DNA of 45,321 nucleotides from Escherichia phage AV129, in the sequence record OR352959.1; one strand, 5' to 3'. Each line of letters opens with the position of its first letter. Position 1 is the stretch's first letter. The position numbers were made by a program, and so were the translations under genes. Positions 35,651-44,749 of this stretch are shown piece by piece. A model generated the notes under the pieces. That model made no database searches and was not told where the DNA came from. It saw nothing but the letters and a program-made list of their open reading frames with translations.

Positions 35651-36793
35651 ATGCACCCGCAAACTAAAATCACCGACGAGCAATTGATCGCCGAGTTGCA
35701 ATCCGGCACTACCGCGAAAGAGATTGCGAAGAAGTACGGCCTTTCCCTACGAAATGTCTACATGCGCAAAGCCCGCCTGTCGAAGAAAGGTATTGGTCAC
35801 GGTAACGATGCCGTAATTCGTAAGCGCGTTGCCGATGGCTTCGGTGTTAAGCGCGTATCCGCCCTGGTGCGCGGCAATGGCGAAGAGGTCATGTCGTGGG
35901 TTATCACTGAGCAGGACAAAGAGCGCCAGCTTGAAGCAATGCGCGCCGTTGTCGAAGGTATGAACAGCGAAATCACTCCGGCAGCACCAGTAAGCGCCCC
36001 GCCTGTCCCGATCCAGGCGCTCGACCTACTCAACCTGTACACCGTGTCCGACTTCCACCTGGGCATGTTGGCCTGGGGAGAGGAGACTGGAGAAGACTGG
36101 GATATGGCGATTGCCGAAGACCTGTTCCACCGCTGGTTTGTCGAAGCCTTCGCACGCGCACCGGACGCAGGCACTGCCGTAATTAATATCCTCGGTGATA
36201 TGGCGCACTTTGATAGCCTTGACGCCGTCACACCGGCAAGTGGTCACGTACTGGACGCGGATACACGCTACCAGAAGCTGGTCCGCTACATGATTCGCAT
36301 GGTGCGCAACGTGGTAGAACTGGCGCTGCAAAAACACCACAAAGTCAAACTGCTAATCGTCCAGGGGAATCATGACGAGTCTGGCATGATTTGGCTGGCT
36401 GAAATGTTCAATACCCTGTACGAGAACGAGCCGCGTGTCGATGTGGATACGTCCCCGGACGTATACAAAATGGTGCAACACGGCAAGACCACGCTATTCT
36501 TCCACCACGGGCATAAGGCACGTTTTGACGCTATTGAAACCGTCATGATTTCAAAATTCAGACAAGCGTTCGGATCCAGCGAGTATAGCTACGCGCATGT
36601 AGGCCACTTGCACCACCAGAAGATTGTAGAATCCCGCAACATGATTGTTGAACAGCACCGGACCCTCGCAGCGAAAGACGCATATGCCAGCCGCGGCGGT
36701 TGGATGTCCGGTCGTAGCGCCAACGTCATCACCTATAGCGCCAACTACGGCGAAGTAGCGCGCTTAACCATTAGCCCGGAAATGTTGAAATGA
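35651..36793 (+). CDS. HTH-domain metallophosphoesterase
   Basis: N-terminal HTH-like TAKEIAKKYGLSLRNV; metallophosphatase motifs GDMAHFD, GNHDE, HHGH, GHLHH. Confidence 0.55.
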   Translation: MHPQTKITDEQLIAELQSGTTAKEIAKKYGLSLRNVYMRKARLSKKGIGHGNDAVIRKRVADGFGVKRVSALVRGNGEEVMSWVITEQDKERQLEAMRAVVEGMNSEITPAAPVSAPPVPIQALDLLNLYTVSDFHLGMLAWGEETGEDWDMAIAEDLFHRWFVEAFARAPDAGTAVINILGDMAHFDSLDAVTPASGHVLDADTRYQKLVRYMIRMVRNVVELALQKHHKVKLLIVQGNHDESGMIWLAEMFNTLYENEPRVDVDTSPDVYKMVQHGKTTLFFHHGHKARFDAIETVMISKFRQAFGSSEYSYAHVGHLHHQKIVESRNMIVEQHRTLAAKDAYASRGGWMSGRSANVITYSANYGEVARLTISPEMLK

Positions 36794-37002
36794 TTAGACA
36801 AGTATTCATGAGCACGCAGGCCACCCGCCTGAAAGAGCTACGCAAACAACTCGAAGGCTTGCGCCGATTCGAACGAACGGCAGCGGCAATAGGCATGTCT
36901 ATCAGTGAGCGGATCGAGATACTATCTCAAATACGCTACACAGAAGGCGCAATACGCGAAGTAGAAAGCATGTTAACCAGATACCACGGTCGCGCCGTTT
37001 AA
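36790..37002 (+). CDS. hypothetical protein
   Basis: 70-aa helical ORF. Confidence 0.35.
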   Translation: MIRQVFMSTQATRLKELRKQLEGLRRFERTAAAIGMSISERIEILSQIRYTEGAIREVESMLTRYHGRAV

Positions 37003-37027
37003 TCCTCCCAGCCCGCCGATTTGGTGG
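37001..37027 (+). terminator. putative intrinsic terminator / attenuator
   Basis: AGCCCGCC-gattt-GGTGGGCT imperfect hairpin followed by T6. Confidence 0.4.
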
Positions 37028-37098
37028 GCTTTTTTGTGCCTGTTATAATCCCCCTTAGATGGCAGGGCCGTCTCCTATGTTGCCGATGGTCGGCGCAT

Positions 37099-37671
37099 AT
37101 GAACAAAAGGGCATATATCATGGCAGAAATCAAAGTTAAGGGCCGACGCGCCAAACTGGACGGACGAGTAGCAGTTACCCCACGCCGTAAACCAGGAGAG
37201 CAAACCGAGCATACCAATCTCGGACCTGAAATCGAGTACGGCAAGCGCCGTAAAGGCGGCAAATGTGGACGCCCTACTGACTACAGATCCGTTTACTGCG
37301 ACCAGCTTCGCCGCTATTTTGCCGACGCCGACGCCTGGCAGGTCAACTACTCCGATAAAGGCGCTGCGCAAGTAATCCCACGCAACAAAATGCCAACCTT
37401 CGGTCGATTTGCCGCGGAAATCGGTGTGGGCGTAGCTTGCCTGTATCGCTGGGCGCGCGCACATGAGGAGTTCGCCGAGGCGATGGCGGATGCTATGGAG
37501 TTGCAGAAAACTTTCCTGATGGAAGCTGGTGGCGTGACCATCGCGGCTGGCTTCGCTACGTTCCTGCTTAAAGCCAACCACGGCGTCCGCGACGATGCTC
37601 CACTGGATGACGACGAAGATGATAACGGCGACGTCGTTGTCGAACCTACCGGAAAAGGTCAGGGCGAATAA
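37099..37671 (+). CDS. terminase small subunit
   Basis: Immediately upstream of and overlapping the large terminase; HTH-like region FGRFAAEIGVGVACLYRWARAH; acidic C-terminus. Confidence 0.55.
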   Translation: MNKRAYIMAEIKVKGRRAKLDGRVAVTPRRKPGEQTEHTNLGPEIEYGKRRKGGKCGRPTDYRSVYCDQLRRYFADADAWQVNYSDKGAAQVIPRNKMPTFGRFAAEIGVGVACLYRWARAHEEFAEAMADAMELQKTFLMEAGGVTIAAGFATFLLKANHGVRDDAPLDDDEDDNGDVVVEPTGKGQGE

Positions 37672-39056
37672 TGCGTAACTATGCGGCAGAACACCGCGCC
37701 CTCGAACGGGCGATCGCAAAGCGAAATCGACCGCCGCGACCGACACGCGTTGCGCAGGCCGTCCGCCTGTATCAGCCTGATTGCCTTCCGCACCAGGTGG
37801 AACTACTGCGTGACACAAAGACCAAAATACTCGGCCTGTGTTCCGGCTTCGGTGGCGGAAAGTCATGGGTAGCGGCACGTAAGGTCATCCAGCTTCTGAC
37901 ACTGAATCCGGGTCACGACGGAATTGTGACAGAACCTACTATTCCACTCCTGGTCAAAATCATGTACCCGGAACTGGAGAAGGCTTTCGACGAGGCAGGC
38001 TTCCGGTGGAAGTTCAATAAGCAGGACAAGATCTATAACGTGCTGGTGAAAGGCAAATGGACCCGCGTAATCTGCGAGTCAATGGAGAACTACACGCGTC
38101 TTATCGGTGTTAACGCCGCGTGGATTGTTGCCGATGAGTTCGACACCACGAAGCAAGACGTCGCAATGGCGGCTTATCACAAATTGCTCGGTCGTCTACG
38201 TGCTGGCTTCGTCCGCCAGTTCGTCATCGTGTCCACCCCGGAAGGCTACCGGGCGATGTACCAGATTTTCGAAGTGGAGAAGGATAGCCAGAAGCGTTTG
38301 ATCCGGGCGAAGACTACCGATAACCACCACCTACCGGCAGACTTCATCGACACGCTGCGCAGTCAGTACCCAGCTAACCTGATCGACGCGTACCTGAACG
38401 GCCTGTTTGTCAACCTTACGTCGGGCGCGGTATACAAGATGTTTAACCGTGAGGAGAACGCAAGCACCGAAGAAGTGCAGCCGGAAGACACGCTGATTAT
38501 CGGTATGGACTTTAACGTCACGAAGATGGCGGCGGTCGTGTACGTAAGACGGCAGCGCATCACCGAAAACAAGGAGTTCCTCGACGAGATACACGCAGTG
38601 GATGAATTTGTGGATCTGTTTGATACCCCGGCTATGATTGAGGCGATCGAAGAGCGCTACCCCGATCATTGTGCCGCCGGCCGGGTCGTTGTTTACCCGG
38701 ATAGCAGCGGCAAGTCTCGCAAGACTGTCAACGCATCGTCGTCAGATATCGCACAACTGGAAGACGCTGGCTTCGAGGTGGAGTACGACAGCGTTAACCC
38801 GCCTGTGAAAGACCGATTGATCGCGATGAATACGATGATGTGCAACTCGAAGGGCGTGCGCCAGTATTTTGTCAACCTGGATAAATGCCCTACACTAGCG
38901 AAATGTCTGGAACAGCAGGTTTACGACCTGAAGAAAGGCGAGCCGGATAAAACCGCCGGTGTGGACCACATGAACGATGCCGCGGGCTATCCAATTGCGC
39001 ACCTGTTCCCAGTGATTCGCCCAATCGCCGTTGTTCCAACTGTAGACTTCTACTAA
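37671..39056 (+). CDS. terminase large subunit
   Basis: Walker A GFGGGKS and Walker B WIVADEFD, followed by a nuclease-type C-terminal half. Confidence 0.85.
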   Translation: MRNYAAEHRALERAIAKRNRPPRPTRVAQAVRLYQPDCLPHQVELLRDTKTKILGLCSGFGGGKSWVAARKVIQLLTLNPGHDGIVTEPTIPLLVKIMYPELEKAFDEAGFRWKFNKQDKIYNVLVKGKWTRVICESMENYTRLIGVNAAWIVADEFDTTKQDVAMAAYHKLLGRLRAGFVRQFVIVSTPEGYRAMYQIFEVEKDSQKRLIRAKTTDNHHLPADFIDTLRSQYPANLIDAYLNGLFVNLTSGAVYKMFNREENASTEEVQPEDTLIIGMDFNVTKMAAVVYVRRQRITENKEFLDEIHAVDEFVDLFDTPAMIEAIEERYPDHCAAGRVVVYPDSSGKSRKTVNASSSDIAQLEDAGFEVEYDSVNPPVKDRLIAMNTMMCNSKGVRQYFVNLDKCPTLAKCLEQQVYDLKKGEPDKTAGVDHMNDAAGYPIAHLFPVIRPIAVVPTVDFY

Positions 39057-39066
39057 GGAAACGACC

Positions 39067-40587
39067 ATGACCGTTAACGTTGACAACCAGCACCCACTTT
39101 ATGCGCGCATCGCGCAAGAGTGGAAAATGATCCGTGACTGTGTAGCAGGGGAGCGCGCCGTGAAGGCGTGCGGCCCCTTGTACCTGCCTCATCCCGCCAG
39201 TGGCGACAACACTGACCCGAAAGCACGGGCGCGGTATAAGGCGTATAAGCAGCGCGCTGTATTCCTGAACGCCACCGCCCGCACACTTAACGCGCTGTTA
39301 GGCGTTGCCTTTGCTAAACCGGTAAGTCTGGACCTTTCCGGGGCGATGGCTGACCTTATTGACGACGTAGACGGCAGCGGTATGCCGCTGCCGCAACTCC
39401 TGCGCGGTGCTATGTCCGAAGTTCTGCAATCAGGCCGTGCGGGCTTTATGGTGGACTACGATCGCCAGGCGCATTTTGATGAACTGGGTAACGTAGTGCC
39501 GCAGACCGCCGCTGAGATGGCGTCACACCGCCCGCTTATCCGCCTGTACACGGCAGAACAGATCATCAACTGGCGGCAGACCCACGGCGTCGATACGCTA
39601 ATTGTGCTGAAGGAAACGGACGAAATCAGCACCGAAGACCCGGACGACTTCGCAAACCACGAAGTAACAATCTGGACCGAGCTTCGCATGATTAACGGTG
39701 CGGCACACGCCCGCCGCTGGTTTTATAACGCGGACACGTCCGATGTGCAAATGGACTTACCGCGTGGATTCACCCGCACCGATCTTGTGCCGCTGGTGGA
39801 TGCTACCGGTAAGGCGCTGACACAACTTCCGTTTTGCTGGTGTGGCGCGGTGGACAACAACGCAACGCCAGACGCCGCTCCGCTGGCGGATATCGCATCC
39901 ATCAACATTAAGCACTACAACGCCGAAGCGGACGTCGCCGAGATCGCGCACATCGTGGGCCAACCTACCCTGGTTGCGACGGGCTTGACTCAATCATGGG
40001 CGGATAAAAACCTGAAAGGCGGCATCGCGCTCGGAGCGACTAAGGGCGTTATTCTGGGTCAGAACATGGACGCTAAACTGATCCAGGCTGAGGAGAGAAA
40101 CCTGTCAGTTGCGCTGTGTGAGCGTCGCGAATTGCAAATGGCTAAACTTGGTGCGGCCCTGGTTGAGAAGGGGACCGCACCTAAGACGGCAACAGAGGCG
40201 GCCTACGATGCGCAGACTGATAACAGTATCCTGTCGCTTATTGCCGGTAACGTTGAGAAGGCGTTCAACCGTGCGCTGCAAATCGTCCAGCTATTCACGG
40301 GCGACACCGCCGACCAGCGTGTGACGCTGAATAAGTTCTACACCGAAATCACGGTTGATGCGCAGCTTATGACCGCGATGATGTCTGGTGTGCAGACTGG
40401 TACGGTCCGACTGGCTGACTTCATCAAGTGGATGATGGCGCAGGGCGTTATCGACGACTCGCAAACCGTCGAGCAGGTGGAAGACGAATTGCGAAATCAG
40501 AATCCATTGCCCCAAATGTCCCCCGATGCGGTAGAATCTACCGAAGAAGACCCGGACAAGGTAGCGGACAATGGCGAAGACAATTAA
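39067..40587 (+). CDS. portal protein
   Basis: 506-aa ORF directly after the large terminase; acidic C-terminus. Confidence 0.75.
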   Translation: MTVNVDNQHPLYARIAQEWKMIRDCVAGERAVKACGPLYLPHPASGDNTDPKARARYKAYKQRAVFLNATARTLNALLGVAFAKPVSLDLSGAMADLIDDVDGSGMPLPQLLRGAMSEVLQSGRAGFMVDYDRQAHFDELGNVVPQTAAEMASHRPLIRLYTAEQIINWRQTHGVDTLIVLKETDEISTEDPDDFANHEVTIWTELRMINGAAHARRWFYNADTSDVQMDLPRGFTRTDLVPLVDATGKALTQLPFCWCGAVDNNATPDAAPLADIASINIKHYNAEADVAEIAHIVGQPTLVATGLTQSWADKNLKGGIALGATKGVILGQNMDAKLIQAEERNLSVALCERRELQMAKLGAALVEKGTAPKTATEAAYDAQTDNSILSLIAGNVEKAFNRALQIVQLFTGDTADQRVTLNKFYTEITVDAQLMTAMMSGVQTGTVRLADFIKWMMAQGVIDDSQTVEQVEDELRNQNPLPQMSPDAVESTEEDPDKVADNGEDN

Positions 40588-41674
40588 TCAATATATGGCG
40601 GATCGAATGATTCGCCGTCACATCTTCACCCAGCGCTTGAGCAATGATCAGGCGCGGAGGGTGCTGGCTATGTGGGAGAAATTCAGGCCCACTTTACTGG
40701 GTAAGCTGACCGAGTTACTTGATGGCAAAAAGTCCATGAACAACAAGGCACTTACCACACTGTTAACGCAACTCGACAAGACCGTCAAAACGGAACTGCG
40801 CACCGAGTTTAAGGCGCTGGCTGAAAGCCTTCAGGAGTTCGCCGACACCGAGGCTGATTATCTAGCCGACACATTAATGGCAGCGATCCAGCCTGCGGTT
40901 GCCGTACCGGCTGTTGAGGTTGTGAGCGTTGTAACCGGCGCGCAGATTGCCGCAACGGCAATGAAAAACCCGTTCCAGGGTAACACCATGATGCAATGGC
41001 CTGACTCACTTTCCGAGTGGACCAGGACGCAGATCGGCAATCAGGTGCGCGCTGGATTCATCCAGGGCAAGCCAACGATGGAAATTATTGCGGACGTGAG
41101 GCGCGCGCTAGGCGGTCGTAGTGCGCAAGCAATCTCAAGCGTTGTTAAGTCCGCAGTCAACCACTATGCGGCGACCGCCCGCGAATTAATGGTGAAAGCT
41201 AATGAAGATATTCTCGAAGGTCGCCAATGGTTGGCTACATTGGACACTCATACCTCCCCTATGTGCCAGCTACGCGACCGCCTGTTTTACCCTGTGGGCG
41301 TCACTCCCGAGACCAAAGGAAAGCGCGGCGGAAAAGTGGTGGCTGGATCGCAGTATGGCGCTGGTCCGGGCAAGCTGCATTATTGCTGCCGTTCGACGGA
41401 GACGTGGGAAGTCAAAGGTATGGAAGACTGGCCCAGTGGTAAGCGTCCGGCACTGAAGGCTGACGCGGGTCGGTTGCTGAGTGAACAGGTAGACGCGCAG
41501 ACTGATTTCTTCTCATGGGTGCAGCGCCAGCCGCGCCATATCCTGGAAGAATTATACGGGGTGCAACGCGCCGACCAGATTATGCGCGGTGTGAAAGTGC
41601 CGAAGATGTTCACCGATACGGGCGAACTAATGACTATTGCGCAGCTTAAAAACAGGGGGCTATGGCGTGATTAA
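40571..41674 (+). CDS. head morphogenesis / minor head protein (Mu F-like)
   Basis: 367-aa ORF overlapping the portal stop. Confidence 0.55.
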   Translation: MAKTINQYMADRMIRRHIFTQRLSNDQARRVLAMWEKFRPTLLGKLTELLDGKKSMNNKALTTLLTQLDKTVKTELRTEFKALAESLQEFADTEADYLADTLMAAIQPAVAVPAVEVVSVVTGAQIAATAMKNPFQGNTMMQWPDSLSEWTRTQIGNQVRAGFIQGKPTMEIIADVRRALGGRSAQAISSVVKSAVNHYAATARELMVKANEDILEGRQWLATLDTHTSPMCQLRDRLFYPVGVTPETKGKRGGKVVAGSQYGAGPGKLHYCCRSTETWEVKGMEDWPSGKRPALKADAGRLLSEQVDAQTDFFSWVQRQPRHILEELYGVQRADQIMRGVKVPKMFTDTGELMTIAQLKNRGLWRD

Positions 41675-41975
41675 GTATGCAGCGATTGGGCTGGTAATAG
41701 GCCTGGCGGTTGGATTCTGGCAGGGGGATTCCTACCGCACTGGCGTTGTGGCGAGAGCGGCGCAAGAAGCGCAAGCGAAAGCCCAACGGCAGCAAACTAA
41801 GGTCGTCGAGGGGGCAGTGCAAGCAGAACAGACCCGCGACGTAGAATACCGGACTATAACGAAAGAGGTTGTTAAATATGTTACGCGCCCTAACCGCCCT
41901 GATTGTAGTTTTGATGCTGAGCGCGTGCGGATCAAGCAACGTGCCGTTGATGCCGCTAACGGAGTCGGTCTATAG
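41667..41975 (+). CDS. i-spanin (Rz-like)
   Basis: GTG at 41667 after SD-like cagggggc; N-terminal TM segment IKYAAIGLVIGLAVGFW, Gln/Ala-rich coiled region, C-terminal Cys. Confidence 0.55.
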   Translation: MIKYAAIGLVIGLAVGFWQGDSYRTGVVARAAQEAQAKAQRQQTKVVEGAVQAEQTRDVEYRTITKEVVKYVTRPNRPDCSFDAERVRIKQRAVDAANGVGL

Positions 41976-42108
41976 ACCGCCTTGCACCTTTGAGAATGCC
42001 TCGGCAGATCCAGACGAAGACTTGCTGGTTGATGTTAAGAATATGGAGTGTGGTGCTAAGCTAAGGGCGCAAGTGCTGGAGTTACAGAAAATAATTCGGG
42101 GGCCGTGA
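41869..42108 (+). CDS. o-spanin (Rz1-like lipoprotein), overlapping the i-spanin in another frame
   Basis: Signal peptide with lipobox LSAC, Pro-rich mature region; starts inside the Rz-like gene in a different frame. Confidence 0.6.
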   Translation: MLNMLRALTALIVVLMLSACGSSNVPLMPLTESVYRPPCTFENASADPDEDLLVDVKNMECGAKLRAQVLELQKIIRGP

Positions 42109-42122
42109 TGGCCCCCTTTTTT
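42097..42122 (+). terminator. rho-independent terminator
   Basis: GGGGGCC-gtgat-GGCCCCC hairpin followed by T6. Confidence 0.7.
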
Positions 42123-42127
42123 GTTAG

Positions 42128-42646
42128 CTACAAACGCATCGGCATGATAACAAGGAAGGCACCGCCTTTGAACAGCACACGGGTCGCCTTGTCTACTCCC
42201 TGAAATTCCAGTTTTAAGCTATCAAACTTACGGTCGAACAATTTAGCAATTTTGCAGGCGTCTGACAGGTATACCCCGGCAAACCCTATAGCTTCCACTT
42301 TAGCGCTATCGAAAGACGTAACTCTACTCCAGTCTGGGAATCGGCCGTCTACGATCTCTACGGGTATGGTACCGATTAATACGTCTTTACTATCAAAGAA
42401 CGCAGCGGAGGTGCCGTCTATGTTGCAGTATTCGAATTTAGTAGGTAAGCGGCCTTTAATTGCTACTATTTTACTTTCACCTTCGGGAACAACCGCGGAC
42501 CCGCAGAACAAACGATGACCGTCGGTGGACACGATGAATCCTTTCTCGTCGAAAAATACACCGTTCAGACAGTATCGCACGTCATTAGTCGCGGCGCACA
42601 TCATAGCGGCTTTAAGATCGGCATAGTTAACTTTAATCATTGTCAT
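42128..42646 (-). CDS. truncated DnaN-like protein (beta sliding clamp domain II plus C-terminal remnant)
   Basis: DVRYCLNGVFFD, STDGHRL, VDGRFPDWSRV and C-terminal VIMPMRL match conserved segments of bacterial beta clamp as I recall them; only 172 aa; start MTMIKVNY. Confidence 0.7.
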   Translation of the reverse strand: MTMIKVNYADLKAAMMCAATNDVRYCLNGVFFDEKGFIVSTDGHRLFCGSAVVPEGESKIVAIKGRLPTKFEYCNIDGTSAAFFDSKDVLIGTIPVEIVDGRFPDWSRVTSFDSAKVEAIGFAGVYLSDACKIAKLFDRKFDSLKLEFQGVDKATRVLFKGGAFLVIMPMRL

Positions 42647-42788
42647 TTCCTCGTTGTTGGTGTGCAACCAATATATGCAACCAATACGCGGATTGCAAGC
42701 GAATTTTGCGATTATTTTTATCACTGATAATATTAGAGGCGTGAAGTCGAGCGGGTGGCCCGCTCTGCCACAATCCCAGGGGGATAGC

Positions 42789-43493
42789 ATGAAACTTACT
42801 AAAGCAGAATATGACGCGTTGCCGGAAGGTATGAAGGCGCTTTTTGTTGCCGATGGTGACGGGTATAAATCAACGTTCATGACCGCAGAAGAAGTACAAG
42901 CGGAAATCAAGGGTCTGAAAGACAACAACGCGAAGCTGGTGAGCGAGAAGAAAGCAGAAGCTGAACGTCGCGCCGAAGCCGAGCGCCTTGCGAAAGAGAA
43001 AGAGGAAGCCGCCGCGCGCAAAAATGGCGACCTCGAAGCGATCGATAAGTCCTGGAAGGATAAGTTTGCGAAACACGAAGCAGATACATCGGGAAAAATC
43101 GAAGCCTACCGCAAGCAGATCCACGATCTAACCATCGGCAGCGCTGCCAAAGACCTGGCGTCGAAGCTGTTCGGTAAGAATGCAGGCATCATGCAACGTC
43201 ACGTTATGGATCGCCTAACGCTGGAAGACGGCGAAGACGGCAGCTTGAAAGTGCGGGTATTGCAGGATGGCAAACCGTCCGCGCTGACTATGGAAGAGCT
43301 TGAAAAAGAGTTCCGTAATAACGCCGATTTTGCATCCGTCCTGGCTGGCACGCCAGCCGGTGGCGCGCCTAGCAAACCGACGCAGGTTGTCGAAGATGTG
43401 AAGTCGAAAATCACTATGGGCCATAGCTTCGGCATCACTGACCTTACGAAACAGGCAGGTGATATCATCGCTAAGATGGGCGACGACGAGTAA
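42789..43493 (+). CDS. scaffolding protein, putative
   Basis: ATG at 42789; Glu/Lys/Ala-rich coiled segment; sits between the portal/morphogenesis genes and the major capsid gene. Confidence 0.5.
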   Translation: MKLTKAEYDALPEGMKALFVADGDGYKSTFMTAEEVQAEIKGLKDNNAKLVSEKKAEAERRAEAERLAKEKEEAAARKNGDLEAIDKSWKDKFAKHEADTSGKIEAYRKQIHDLTIGSAAKDLASKLFGKNAGIMQRHVMDRLTLEDGEDGSLKVRVLQDGKPSALTMEELEKEFRNNADFASVLAGTPAGGAPSKPTQVVEDVKSKITMGHSFGITDLTKQAGDIIAKMGDDE

Positions 43494-43497
43494 GCAG

Positions 43498-43524
43498 ATT
43501 GCCCGCGAAAGCGGGCAATTTTGC
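43498..43524 (+). terminator. putative intrinsic terminator
   Basis: TTGCCCGC-gaaa-GCGGGCAA hairpin followed by TTTTG. Confidence 0.5.
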
Positions 43525-43590
43525 GAGCGCGTAAATCTAAGGTAACATTAACGTCACTGGGCGAATGCTCACAACTCAAAGGATTTCGAT

Positions 43591-44691
43591 ATGTCTTTAA
43601 CAGTGTTCCAGCGTAAACTCGTTACCGCGGTTACGCAAATGATCCCCGATAACCTGAACGTTTTCAACGCCGCCGCCAATGGCGCTGTTGTTCTCGGTAC
43701 TGGTGAAGTGCTGAAGGATGTTGTAGAGAAAATGTCCGTAGGCTTGATCGCCAACCTCGTTACCGACCGTAACGCCTATGCCCCTGTCGGTACTCCGGCG
43801 ACCGCTAAAGTGCTGGCGCGTATGCTGACCAACTCCGTTAACCTATCCGCGAAAGTGGGTCCGGTAGCGATCACTAAGGCTATGATGGCTAAAATCGAAA
43901 CCAACGTTAACAGCGTTGCGGCTGAGATTGCGGCGCAGGCTACTCAAGCGATTATGCTGCACTACCTGAAAGCGGGTATCGGCGCGGGTAAAGCGGCGAT
44001 CGAAAGCAACGCAGCGGCAAAATACACCCAACCGGCGCGCGTTGACGGCGTTGGCGGTCGTACCTTCCCGACCCTGGCAGACTTCCCGCTGGCGGCTTCT
44101 AAGTTCGGCGATCAGGCGTCTTTGATTAAATCCTGGTTTATGGACGGCGTTACCTGGGCAAACTTCATTGCGTACCAGGCACTCCCTTCCGCGGAACAGG
44201 TATTCGCAATTGGCGATCTCCAGGTAATGGGCGATGGCCTGGGCCGCCGCTTCATTATCTCCGATGCCGCTGCCGATGCTATGGGCACGGGTAACATGCT
44301 GGGTCTGGTCCCTGGCGCGGTTGCCGTTACCACCAACGGCCTCGATATGCTGGCGCAGGAGAAAGGCGGTAACGAGAACATCGAACGCTGGTGGCAGGGC
44401 GAGTTCGACTTCAACGTGGCTGTTAAAGGCTATCGTCTGAAGGCGTCCGCTCGTACCCCGATCGAAGGCGTCCGCTCATTCAAGCTGGACGATATCACCA
44501 CTTCCGCTAACTGGGAACTGGACCAGGGCCAGGTAGACAACGCACCGGCAACCGTTCAGGACGTTGGCGCTGTTGGTGATGGCGACACTAAAGGCCGTCG
44601 TAAGACCCAGGCCGCACAGGCAGTGCCTACCCGTCACATCAAGGAAACCGCTGGCGTACTGGTTACGCTGACTGCGACCACCGCGTCTTAA
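43591..44691 (+). CDS. major capsid protein, putative
   Basis: 366-aa ORF with aagga RBS, after the scaffold and followed by a strong terminator. Confidence 0.65.
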   Translation: MSLTVFQRKLVTAVTQMIPDNLNVFNAAANGAVVLGTGEVLKDVVEKMSVGLIANLVTDRNAYAPVGTPATAKVLARMLTNSVNLSAKVGPVAITKAMMAKIETNVNSVAAEIAAQATQAIMLHYLKAGIGAGKAAIESNAAAKYTQPARVDGVGGRTFPTLADFPLAASKFGDQASLIKSWFMDGVTWANFIAYQALPSAEQVFAIGDLQVMGDGLGRRFIISDAAADAMGTGNMLGLVPGAVAVTTNGLDMLAQEKGGNENIERWWQGEFDFNVAVKGYRLKASARTPIEGVRSFKLDDITTSANWELDQGQVDNAPATVQDVGAVGDGDTKGRRKTQAAQAVPTRHIKETAGVLVTLTATTAS

Positions 44692-44711
44692 AGGGCGCAC
44701 ATCCCAAAGGG

Positions 44712-44735
44712 GCGGGCTTATGCCCGCCTTTTTTA
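44712..44735 (+). terminator. rho-independent terminator
   Basis: GGCGGGC-ttat-GCCCGCC hairpin followed by T6. Confidence 0.7.
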
Positions 44736-44749
44736 TAGGAGTGAATACA

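Noticed and set aside
37075-37878. 267-aa minus-strand ORF over the terminase small subunit region
   Set aside because: Antisense to the terminase genes within a rightward operon; shadow ORF.
42647-43021. N-terminal 125 codons of the track ORF 42128..43021
   Set aside because: Low-complexity Ser/Ala/Arg-rich extension antisense to the scaffold gene; the DnaN-like similarity begins at the internal Met (MTMIKVNY), so the gene was trimmed to 42128..42646.
44720-44749. Track start codon for ORF 44720..45250
   Set aside because: That ATG lies inside the terminator hairpin after the capsid gene; the downstream ATG at 44750 has a proper RBS.
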